A stretch of DNA of 64,000 bases from Octopus bimaculoides. Its lineage: Eukaryota. The position numbers and the translations under genes were made by a program. The stretch is from contig NC_068981.1 of assembly GCF_001194135.2 (NCBI RefSeq), forward strand, positions 105,320,761 through 105,384,760. The letters are read 5' to 3'. Below the pieces are notes generated by a model. The model made no database searches. It saw only the letters and a program-made list of their open reading frames with translations, and was not told where the DNA came from. Shown piece by piece: positions 34,341 to 45,853 of this stretch; position 1 is the stretch's first letter, and each line of letters opens with the position of its first letter.

Positions 34341-34838
34341 CTGTTCCATGATGGTAAGATCAACAAAAAAAGTACTCCATCTGGTGAAAGATAAATATTG
34401 TTTAATAAACACAATACATGTTTTTATGTGCCACTAATAGTTTCTTGTACTGAGAACATGCCAAACCAATTTTTGTAACACATCTGACATCTCAGCACAG
34501 TCATCAGGCACAGCCCACATGGCATAACGAACTATACAGTATTTAATAAAAAAATATATATTTTTTTATGAGCTACTAATAGTTTCATACTATGAAAACA
34601 TCTCAGACCGCATTTTTTAACACATCTGGTGCCCTCACGCAATCCTCAAGCTGTGCCCATATGGCATAACGAGCCTGAGGACTTTGTGAATGCACTAGAC
34701 ATGTTAAAAATTGCTGTCAGAGATGTTTTCATCACATGAAACTATTAGTAGCTCATAAAATATATATATTGCATTATTAACTAATATTTCTCTCACCAGA
34801 TGGAGTACTTCTTTTGTTCATCTTGCCATCATGGAAAG
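34341..34838. mobile_element. TA-flanked MITE with ~118-bp TIRs (Tc1/mariner-like)
   Basis: ctgttccatgatggtaagatcaacaaaaaaagtactccatctggtga... is inverted at 34725-34838; TA on both sides; internal direct repeat. Confidence 0.75.
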
Positions 34839-35022
34839 TACTCTAAGCACCCACTACACTCTCTGAGTGGTTGGCGTTAGGAAGGGCATCCAGCTGTAGA
34901 AACTCTGCCAAATTAGATTGGAGCCTGGTGTAGCCATCCAGTTGCACCAGTCCTCAGTCAAATCGTCCAACTCATGCTAGCATGGAAAGCAGACGTTAAA
35001 CGATGATGATGATGATGATGAT

Positions 35023-35912
35023 ATATAGAATAAGTTTTGGGATCTGAAAATGTACCTGAATCTGAAAAATGTGTAGTTGTTTTAAACAGATTTATCCACA
35101 TACCAAACTAGTTTCAACAATTTTTTGTTTATCAATGTTACAAATATATATAAAACAAGGGGGGTTTTTGTAGAGTCTAAAATTACAAGGCAAAAATCAG
35201 ACAAACATGTTTAAAAATCAAATGTTCACAGAAATTTCAATGGGTTTCACAAGGATAGAAAATAATCTAAGTAAATGTTCAGCGAAGATCATAACAAATG
35301 TACATTGTCGAACGTTCAGTTATATTGAGTTTTTATAGAATATGCGGAGAAGAGAGAACAGAAAAAAAGATTTTTTTTACAATTTCTGTTGTAGTGTGTG
35401 TAGTTCTTTTTTCTTCATGTACTGGTCTCTTCACTTTTGGCAAATTTTTTTTTTTTTTTTTTTTTGATGTATAAATTACCAGGAAAAGCAAAGAGACCAG
35501 TACATGAAGAAAAAAGAACTACATGCACCACGAAAGAAATTGTAAAAAAAAATTTTTCTTTCTCCCTCTTTTTTCTCTCTTCTCCATGTATTCTATAAAA
35601 ACTCAATATGACCAAATTTTCAATAATGTACATTTGTCATGATCTTTGCCAAACATTTACTTTGATATTTTCTATTCCTGTGAAACTCATTGAAATTTCT
35701 GTGAACGTTTGATAGTTTAAACATGTTTGTCCAATTTTGACCTTGTAATTTTAAACTCTGCTAAAATTCCGCTTGTTCTATACATATTTGTACCATTAAT
35801 AAACAAAAATTTGTCATAACTAGTTTGGTATGTGAATAAATTTATTTAAAAACAACTACATGTTTTTCATATTCAGGTGCATTTTCAAAACCCAAAACAA
35901 ATTCTCCTATAT
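35023..35912. mobile_element. Foldback element: ~410-bp inverted arms with a ~60-bp spacer
   Basis: Arm 35023-35431 aligns by eye to the reverse complement of 35491-35912 along its whole length. Confidence 0.85.
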
Positions 35913-36050
35913 TTTTTCCTGCATGAGAATAAACTTCTTTCCATTTCACTTCCCGAGCATTATACTAATACATCTGTTTGCTTTCTATACCACCTGTCTT
36001 CGTCTTTTGTTTGTTTTTGTGAAATTTCCCCCTATATATACATATATATA

Positions 36051-37629
36051 TCGTAAAAACCCATGTAATTTGCGCACCTGTGTAATTTACGCAGGTGATT
36101 TTCAGGATAAAAATTGTTAAAAAAAAAAGCTTCTACACATGAAAAATTTGCAACCAAAAGTTTTCAGAATTGCTGATATGCCCAGGGAAAAAAGTTTTCA
36201 ATTTAGTTGTATTTAGCATAATTTCACTTACTTATGATTAGATTTTATTAAATTTTCATTAAATAAAAATAATTTCTGTTTAACAGGTATCACATTGAAA
36301 GCTATTAAATTACAAAGTGTTTGTGTTTCTAATAAACTTTATTTTACATTTCTTGCCCACAAGAGATTATGTCTGATCTTTAGCATACTGCTGTATGTCT
36401 TCTCAAATCACGATCACAGGAAAAGTTGTTGATAATTCTTATCAACACAAACAAAGCTGATAAATACGCAGAGATGTTGCAAATTAAATTTAATTACCAA
36501 TAAACATCAGCTTGGATGACACTTTACTCAACCAACAGAGGAAGGTGACTGATCAAACTGATTATATAAACAGAATTCTGATTGGTTGAAAGTGTCTTCT
36601 TGTCTCAAGCTCTGACTTTCTGCCTATTCATGTCAGAACCTTAGATATGGAGTATTGAAATTTCAATCTCTTTCACACTTATAAAATGTCAAGCAAACTT
36701 AAAAATTTGTCATTACCATTTTAGCTGGGAGACCAAATTGATAGTTTGGTAACTCGCTAAAATAAACATTAAAAATCGAAAGGAGAAAATAAACAGCTTT
36801 GCAAGTTTAGCTTAGTGTTTATTGAATAAGAGAGGTGCAAAATTTAAGAAGTGCCTTGTTAGAATATACATGTCTGTGAGGAGACATAAACAAGAATAAC
36901 AAAAATCTACTATACCAAAAGAAATGGTAACACATACATTACAAGTGTTCTGTGAAGAGAACATAAGACTGCTGCATAATTCAACATGAATGTGAAATGA
37001 CATTAAACATCATATAAGGTAAATGAAGGTTTCTGTAGGAACACTGAGTCATATTCACTTAGTGAGTTTACATGCACAAAGATAAATTATGATGTTGTTG
37101 TCAGCATCAGATGTAGTAAGAGCTGGTAGTGGAGATGTCGGCGGTGATGAATTTCATTGTCCTAATGCGGAGAAAACGAGCAGTAGCTTCCTGGAAGCAA
37201 ACGCAAGCTAGACTTCTTAATTGGAGAAAAACTGAACTATTTAACGAAATTGCTGGGCTCCAGTGTGATAGGTAGAAACTCCAAGCAATGTAAAATATGG
37301 CCTGGACCATGATTATCAGCATGAACATCAAACTTCAAAAAGTAGTTAACTATTTAATGGTTTTAGTAAATTTATACAGAAAAAGTAAGCATTATACCAT
37401 CCAGCATTAATAAAAGTCAACTTCATTATATTTTCTCTGTAAAAACCTATTCTGACATTAAATGAATCAACTTCTGGTACGAATGTTTACATTTGTAAGT
37501 GATTTTTCAACAAAAGAAATTTCTAAAAAAATTCTGGAAACGATCTACCCATGTAATTTACACACCCACTGAAGTTTATTTTTGTTTTTGCGAAAAAAAA
37601 AAGTGCGTAAATTACATGGGTTTTTACAG
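36051..37629. mobile_element. Non-autonomous DNA transposon with 27-bp TIRs (pogo/Tigger-like)
   Basis: TIR cgtaaaaacccatgtaatttgcgcac / gtgcgtaaattacatgggtttttacag with TA flanks. No convincing transposase seen. Confidence 0.6.
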
Positions 37630-38509
37630 TATATATTTTAGTTGTTTCAGTCATTAGATCCTGGGACACTACCTTGAAGAAATATAACCAAATGAATTGA
37701 CCCCAGTACTTCTTTTAAGCCTGGTACTTATTCTATCCATCTCTTTTGCCAAACCACTAAGTTACAGGGATGTAACAAACCAACACCAGCTGTCAAGTGG
37801 TGGTGGGAGACAAACACAGAGACACACAGACGCACACACACACACACACACACACATGACGTGCTTCTTTCAGTTTCCATCTACCAAATCCATTCACAAA
37901 GCTTTGGTTGACCCAAGGCTATAGTAGAAAACACTTGTCTAAGGTGCCACACAAAGGGACTGAACCTGGAACCATGTAATTGGGAAGGTAACTTCTTAAC
38001 ACACAGCCATTCCTGCACCTGTGTGTTTGTGTGTTTGTCCCCCCCCCCCTACCATTACCACCACTATTTGTCAACTGGTGTTGGTGTGTTTATGTCCCCA
38101 TAACTTAACGATTTAGCAAAAGAAACCAATAGAATAAGTACCAGGCTTAGGAAAAAAAAAGTACTGGGGGTCAATTCATTCAGCTAAAAAATTCTTCTAG
38201 GCAGTGCTCCAGCATGGCCACTGTCTAATGATTGAAACAAGTAAAAGATGGACGATAATAAAGAAATGCTTATGTGCTCTGCTCAAGAACATTTGTTATT
38301 TATAATTTAGAACATGCTTCGGGGTAATGAATACTAAAAAAATGAATATTGAATTATTACATTAACAAAATAAATTTCTTTTTCATACAAAACCAATTCT
38401 GTAAGAGGAAGCCTCATTGCTGAATTAATAAATACCAGTAACATAATATGTTATAATTTCCAGTAATGATAGCTTGTTAGATTTTATATTATAAAGAAGA
38501 ATGACATAC

Positions 38510-38638
38510 TTCTCGACTTGGTATCACTGTACTCTGTATGGTAACCAGAGCGCCAAGCTGACTGTCTCGGGGTCTTTGATGAAAATATTTTTCTGATTCT
38601 TCTTCGGATATTTTATTAACTTTGCCATCAACTCTGAT
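38510..38638 (-). CDS. PNPO: PNPO exon (IRVDGKVNKISEEESEKYFHQRPRDSQLGALVTIQSTVIPSRE)
   Basis: PNPO homology (YFHxRPxxSQ); 129 nt; GT-AG. Confidence 0.97.
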
Positions 38639-39466
38639 CTGAAACATTAAAAGTTCCCCCAAAATAAGTAAGTATTTAATTACTACACACACTGATCATA
38701 TGAATATAAATTCTCAAATTCTCATATAAATTTTCACTAGATTATTGTACAGTGAGAATAATGATGTAAAGAACTTATCCATCATTATGGAATGAAATTG
38801 GCAGAAATGAATGTGCATATAACATTTTATTTCAGATGTTTTTTCTTCACACTGTAACAACATTTATATATCTACCATTAATAACCATGCATGCATGAAA
38901 GACAGATATTAAACGATGATGATAACGATGATGAGACACAGTAACAACTTTTAAAACGAGGACCATATCGATTTGAAAAATGAAAATTGAAATTTAAAGA
39001 ATCAACTAAGCTCTGACACATGTATTTCATTTTCTCAAAATTTTTTTTATATCTCAATTTACATTTATAAGTCTACTGCAAACTATTTTTTATAAACGCG
39101 TGTGTGTGTGTGTGTGTGCACACGTGGGTATGCATGCATTTGTATATGTATTGCGAAGGCATGTGGCTTAACGGTTAGGGGTATTCGACTCATGATCATA
39201 AAGTTGTGAGTTCAATACCCGGTAGTGTGTTGTGTCTCTTGAGCAAAACGCTTTATTTCACATTGCTCTAGTCCACTCAGCTGGCAAAGATGAGTTGTAC
39301 ATGTATTTCATAGGGCCAACTTTGTCATAATCTGTGTCACACTGAATCTCCCTGATTCAACATATCTGTGGAGTGCTCAGCCACTTGCAAATTAATTTCA
39401 CAAGCAAGGTGTTCCGTTGACTGGATCAACTGGAACCCTCATCATTGTAACTGACGGAGTGCCAAT

Positions 39467-39498
<32 letters not shown>

Positions 39499-40465
39499 TG
39501 CACATGCATGTAACATATACATTGTTAAATATGCATCAACGAGAAATTGTTGATAAACTGGTATTCAAACAAAAAATACATGTGTTATTAATTCCACTCA
39601 ACTTGTCATCCCTTTATCTTTCTCACCATCGTAAATGCAATGAATCACTGATTGGTCTATTACAAACCTATATCCAGCAACACTGTTGTTCACAAATGCA
39701 TATCAATTTTTTTTAGAAATAACTGATTAATCATTGACACTAATTCGTTGATAAAGTTGTAACAATATTGTTCTATAGTGATTACACAGCATTTTTAGAA
39801 GAGACAGTAACAACATGACAAATTACTTGTAATTAAAAATATTCTTTATGGGAAAATGAGTGATGTGGTTTATTGCTGAATACACTTCCTACTTCTAAAC
39901 ACTCAACTGTAAAGTAACAGTAACAAAACCTGTTAGTGAGCCAGGTGAACTGGAAAAGTGCAGTCATATTCCTGGCCCAGAAACATAATGATATGGTTGT
40001 TGCAAGGTTCAAACTAATGACCAATAATCAGTGGTCCAGCACTATAACCTTAAAGCTATTTTGTCTCTTAATGCAAGGGTATACTGGGAAGTTACTTGGG
40101 GACTTCAGAGTTCTAAGGGCTCAATTCTGATCTATGCATGCTGTGATTTACTGTCAATAAACAAATACTATAAAGCCCAGTGCATGGATTTGCTGCTATA
40201 TTTTTAAATAGGGAAGAATTTTAATAGTTGATAAACAGAATACTTTAATTATGTTGATGCAACTAATAAGAATATCTTCAGGGATAGAACTGAAGATAGG
40301 AGTTGAAAGAAAATATAGCAGCCAAAAAATTACAAGACAAGAATATTCAAATGTCTATTACCATTTAATCAATAATAAAGTTGGTCCACACAAACAACCA
40401 ATAAGAAATAGACCCCAGAAAAATTATTATGATAATGCTGATTAAAATATTTTAAATAAACTTAC

Positions 40466-40519
40466 AGAACGATTTAAAGGTTCCCAATGCATGGAAAAAC
40501 TGCAGAAAGGATTCTCTTC
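40466..40519 (-). CDS. PNPO: PNPO exon (EENPFCSFSMHWEPLNRS)
   Basis: NP..SxxxxWEPLNR motif; 54 nt; ttttcag / gtaagt. Confidence 0.95.
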
Positions 40520-40716
40520 CTGAAAACCAAAAGGTAAATATTTGTTATCATGTTATTTGTCTTCATTAGAGTGTTAGACTGGCAGAAAACAGAAATAGTA
40601 AGATGAACAACTTAGTAACATAGCATTTAGTGTTCAACTGCTGTACTCTAAGTTCATATTCCACCATGATCAACTTCATTTTCATCCTTCCAGGAGTTAA
40701 TCAATAAAAATAAGGC

Positions 40717-41104
40717 ACAAGAGTGGCTGTGTGGTAAGTAGTTTGCTTACCAACCACATGGTTCCGGGTTCAGTCCCACTGTGTGGCACCTTGGGCAAGT
40801 GTCTTCTACCTTGGGCCGACTAAAGCCTTGTGAGTGGATTTGGTAGACGGAAACTGAAAGAAGCCTGTCGTATATATGTATATATACATATATGTTTGTG
40901 TACCTGTGCTTGTGCCCCCCCCCCCCATATCGCTTGACAACCGATGCTGGTGTGTTTACATCTCCGCAACTTAGTGGCTCGGCAAAAGAGACCAATAGAA
41001 TAAGTACTAGGCTTACAAAGAATAAGTCCTGAGGTCGATTTGCTCGACTAAAGGCGGTGCTCCAGCATGGCTGTAGTCAAATGACTGAAACAAGTAAAAG
41101 AGAG
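40717..41104 (+). mobile_element. Best-preserved CORE-like tRNA-derived SINE
   Basis: tRNA-like head, CORE-like segment, internal (TA)/(TG) tract and the family 3' tail. Confidence 0.85.
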
Positions 41105-43494
41105 TTGTCATATACTTGAATCAGTTCAGTTGACATCACCATCTTCTATGAATTTGCAGCCTCATATAAATATATAAAATAGAGATAAGTATTCACTGTT
41201 TCAGCTGCCTTGGGGTGATTCATATTTCCCTCAGAAAAAAAAAGGACAAATTATAACTTAGTTAAAACTTAGTTAATATTTATTAGAAATCTTTACTAAG
41301 GAAAAAAAATAACTCTCAAAATCTTAGATATATAAGAACTTTTGTTTGATAAAAAGAGCTAAACCCATTGAGATCAAGGCAAAAAAATAATGCTTCGTTA
41401 CTGCTTAGATAGGCCAATATGGATAATGCTCAATTTGGACTTTTGCCATTTAATAATAATAGGGAAACATGGTAGATGACTGCAGTTCTAGGCATAAAGT
41501 GTTGGGTTAAGGTAGAGGTTTGTGGGTGAAATATAGTACAGATAACAAGGAAAAGACGTGGGAAACTAAGTATACTTGAGTACAAGTGGCATAGAGTTCA
41601 ACTATATACTTTCTCTATAATGACATTGCATATTTAATATCCACGATTTAGATTTGTTATCTATGCTTATCTGCCTACTTTCTCCATTACTACATGCTTA
41701 AAAACAAATTTAAACTGGTTATCTGGGTTTTGCTACTTATTAGCCTTCTTAATGGCTACATTCTGTATTTAGTAACCACATCATGGCTCTGATAACTTTG
41801 TATTCAGAGACATCATTTCTGATCATTGTAGCTTGATGACACTGAAGCTACAAAGAAAATAAAACTAATTTTCTGTATTTTATGTTCTACCTAACCAGTT
41901 ACATAATAAAGAGTCAATCTTTATTGCATTTCCCCACCACCATCACACACATACAAATACTCGCGCGCGCACACACACACTGAAGTTCAAATCAATTTTA
42001 ATTTCAGAGTTATCTCCCTTAGTTAATTACAATTTTTTTTTTTTTTAGGGTAATTTAATACGGTGAGTCAGCAGAACTGTTTGCCTGCTTAGCAGCATTT
42101 CGTCCATTTTTACGTTTTGAGTTAAAATTCCACCGAAGTCGACTTTGCCTATCGTCTTTACGAGTCGATAAAATAAGTACTAGTTGAGCACCCCCTCCAC
42201 AGAAGTTGCTAGCCTTGTGCCTAAATTTGAAATCATTATGAATATAATTACGATTGATGAAAAAATGGAGGTGAAAGCAGGTACTCACTACATTAGAGAT
42301 ATTAGTCCTTCATTGAAGTAAGCGAATTTAAATTTTCATACTTCTTAATTCAAATAAGCTAATTTATATTTTCATTCTTCCACATTCTTCCAAAATGTCA
42401 GTTAGCTAAGCTTCAATAAATAGGAGATGCAATGTGATTTCTTGAGATACAAAACTGAATGGAGTTAACTTGAGAACTCTAAGGTCAAATACTATAAAAG
42501 AATTTAATTTTCAATTTATTGGCAACAATTTTTCTCTATCGATGTAGTGGTAATGGTACTTGAGCAATGAATTTAGTGAACTTGAAAAATGAGTTAGGTT
42601 TATGCATTGGATTTGATGTTCAATGTTAATTTGTTTGTGAAACAGCACAAGCAAGTTAATAAGGTAGATGGAAATTAAAAGCAACAGTCAATATATGCAG
42701 AATAGTCAGCTGCACTAGTATAGGTGCATAATCCCAGTTGGGTGAAGAAAAAAATGTTAAGATGTAATGATGAAGGACAGCCATGACAAAAGAAGCACAA
42801 AAAAACCCCTAAGAAGAGGTGATAAAGTTAGATCTTAAGATGCTAGTGCTAACAGATTAAATAAAGTAGGAGAGAAAAGTGTAGTGAACCACTACACTTT
42901 GTAAAGTGAGTGGCAATAAAAAGAGCATCCAGCTACAGAAACCAAATCAAAAGGACATGTATAAGCACCAGACTATGAGAGCAACAACTCCCAATAAAAA
43001 AGAACTTTGACCATGAAGACCCACCAACCGATGCCAGTATGAAGAGCAGGCATAAAATGATGACAATGGTGATGATAACAGTGATTTTATAACAAAGATT
43101 AGTCACATTTCTAGTGGAATGTTTACAGGTCTAACTTGTAGTGACAAATAGGTTAATCATATACAACTGCATTTTTAGGCATCTTTGAATTTAATTTTAT
43201 ATTTGCAATTTTATTGTACATGCACGTTATATTCACAAAGGCAGAGAAATCTTAGCATATGCTGTTAGTAAGACCGTAAAGGGAAAACTATTTCTTAATA
43301 GGGGAATGTAGGAGAAAGTAATTAAAAACAAATTGGTGCTAGTAAAGTATGTGGTCTACAACGGTATCAAACAGGGTCATCTACCTTATTTTTCAGATAT
43401 TTCCAGATATTTCAGAGATAAAACACTTCTTTGTGGTGTCTGGTTTGTTAAAGATGTTGGCTGTTTATGTCTATTTTGTAAATACAGATACATG

Positions 43495-43535
43495 ATTTTG
43501 TGTGTGTGTGAGAGAGAGAGAGAGAGAGGGAGAGA

Positions 43536-43566
<31 letters not shown>

Positions 43567-43573
43567 GGAGAGA

Positions 43574-43614
<41 letters not shown>

Positions 43615-43686
43615 TGTGTATGCGTGTGTGCATGTGTGCTTGTGTGTGTGCATGTGTGTGTGTATGCGTGTGTGCGCATGCGTGCA

Positions 43687-43730
<44 letters not shown>
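43495..43730. repeat. Compound (TG)n/(AG)n microsatellite
   Basis: Directly visible. Confidence 0.95.
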
Positions 43731-43732
<2 letters not shown>

Positions 43733-44701
43733 TAGCATCTCTGGAATAAGCAGTTTGATTTCTGTTTTTTATATAGGGATTCTCTGAGACATGAATTCAT
43801 TCTAAAAGTTTCCCAAGAATAAAAAGGTTGGGAAACACTGGTGCACAGGTGCCAGAGTGTAATCAAATTTATCAAGGCAATCTAAAGCAAGTAGAATGCA
43901 GCCCAGGGACTCAATGCAATAGCCATAGTACTAAAGACTGCACTGTTGATAATGCTTAATAATCCAAGCTCTTAACCATAATTTGCAAAATCTTTTTTAA
44001 AACATATTAAAAAGAATCAACCTAAAAAATTTTCAAAAGTTCAATTAATAAATTAATTTAAAATGAAGTGTTGTATATCGTTTTTACCAAAATTTGCTGA
44101 TTTTTCCTGTTTACTCATGTATAATGTTGTACATTTACTTCGTAATTCTCTCATTATTACTTCAACAAATACAATTAAGATTGCCCTTCACAGAGGAGAT
44201 CTAATAAGACAGAAATATAACTGAAGTTGTCTCCCATATTTGCTGGAATTATTAAAATATCAGTCACTGCACTAATGTTGTCTTTCTTCACCACATAAGT
44301 GTTTCTGTTTAGGTATTAAATGTTGTTTACATTAAATGTTAGTATAAATTTAACTATTGAATCACTCACCACTGCTTCCACATTCAATTAATTAAGATTA
44401 ATTAAAATTCTTTGATTGTCCTTCTTGCCTTTCTTCACCAGAACTAGCCACTAAGATAACAATTTTTGTACATCATCATACAAATAATGTTGATTAAAAT
44501 TTCTTACCTTTCTACATTAAGTTTGTTAGCATCTACTTTATTATTAAATATTCATGCAGCAGGTGTTTCTGGGGACTTTCACACATATGACCAAAGAAAA
44601 TATTTGGTTTAATAATTAACAATCAACAGCTTTGTTTATCTAATTTTTCTTTTGTTTTAACTGTAATGAGAAATCAAATATATAAATTTACTTATACATA
44701 C

Positions 44702-44801
44702 TATTTCCTTAGCTTTTCGACTCTGAAAGTTGGTGTAGAAATAGAAACCTTCTGAAGTAATACCCTTCAGTAATAACATACGCACGGACGGTCTGCCTGA
44801 T
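44702..44801 (-). CDS. PNPO: PNPO exon ([33 protein letters not shown])
   Basis: FMN-binding PSxRxxLLK and FYTNxxSRK motifs; 100 nt; GT-AG. Confidence 0.97.
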
Positions 44802-45002
44802 CTAGCAGAAAGAATGAGAGAAACAGTTAATGTTGAATACAAATTTCAAACAAGAAGAATTAATGTATGAAAAGGAACATAGATTTTATATTACTTAGGA
44901 TTCGGATTAATATCTAGATCATAAGGAAGGTTGTTGTAATTGTTTCACCAGCTCTATATTTGTGAGATGAGGAATTTATATTATCTACAATGTTTACATT
45001 AG

Positions 45003-45853
45003 TCAGACTGGTGTCCTCATCTTGATTGTTGATTTCACTATGTTTCAGCTGTTATATAGCTCCAGCTTTCTTGTGTTGAACTCGGTTGTTGTATCAAAAT
45101 TACGAACCTAACCATTTATTTCATCCATGGGTATACACTGTTCTCATGCTGCTCTCTGCATTTCATGACATTTTTTTTTTTTGTGAATTACCTTAGTGCC
45201 TGGGATTGAACTAAGAACCTTTAGGTGAACTGCATTAACCAGCATCTTTATCTACTACACTATGCCTGTAGGCAGTAACAGAGTAAATTTTAAAGACTTT
45301 TAAACCTAATGTCTAAGTAATCTGTTGTTGCAGTCTACCCTTTTCTTTCTTTATTATTGGCTACCATAATTATATTCATTTTTGCATATGGCCTGCTTAG
45401 CAGGTTGTTGTGTCCTAGTATATACGCTGATCCCTTAAGTTTTCTAATTTTCCAGTGGTGCTCTCTGTCTGTTATTTTGACCTTGCCCCACAGTGGTTGG
45501 CTGTCTCCATTTTCCCACACTTGATCATCTATACTTGATGTACTCCATCTCAAGCAGCTGCAGGTATACAAAGGAGAAGCATGCCACCCACTTAAAGTAA
45601 GGGTAGATGAATATTGGAAAACTGTGATACAAGGGGATATTGAAAAGTTAGATATAACCAATCACATATGGAAAAATGTCATGAAACACAGAGAGTGGAA
45701 TGAGAACAGTGTACCCCTATGGAGCAAATAAAGGATTAAGTTCAAAATTTTGATACAACATCTGAGTTCAACATAGGATACCTGAAGAAGGCTGCAACAT
45801 ACAACAGCCAAAACATAGTGAAATCAACAATGAAGTCAAGGACATCAGTCCGA
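45003..45853. mobile_element. Penelope-like remnant with inverted terminal repeats
   Basis: 45003-45175 is the reverse complement of 45672-45853. The internal minus frame resembles a PLE GIY-YIG C-terminus (ITDREHHWKIRKLK.SAYILGHNNLLSRP). Hammerhead-like motifs occur in both repeats. Confidence 0.7.

Noticed and set aside
41826-41853. 9-bp hairpin whose loop reads TGATGA-CA-CTGA (K-loop-like)
   Set aside because: Antisense to the host gene with no guide region; plausible by chance.
43333-43875. Overlapping ORFs rich in C/V/H/T/ER
   Set aside because: Dinucleotide microsatellite translations; the same applies to 47843-48160.
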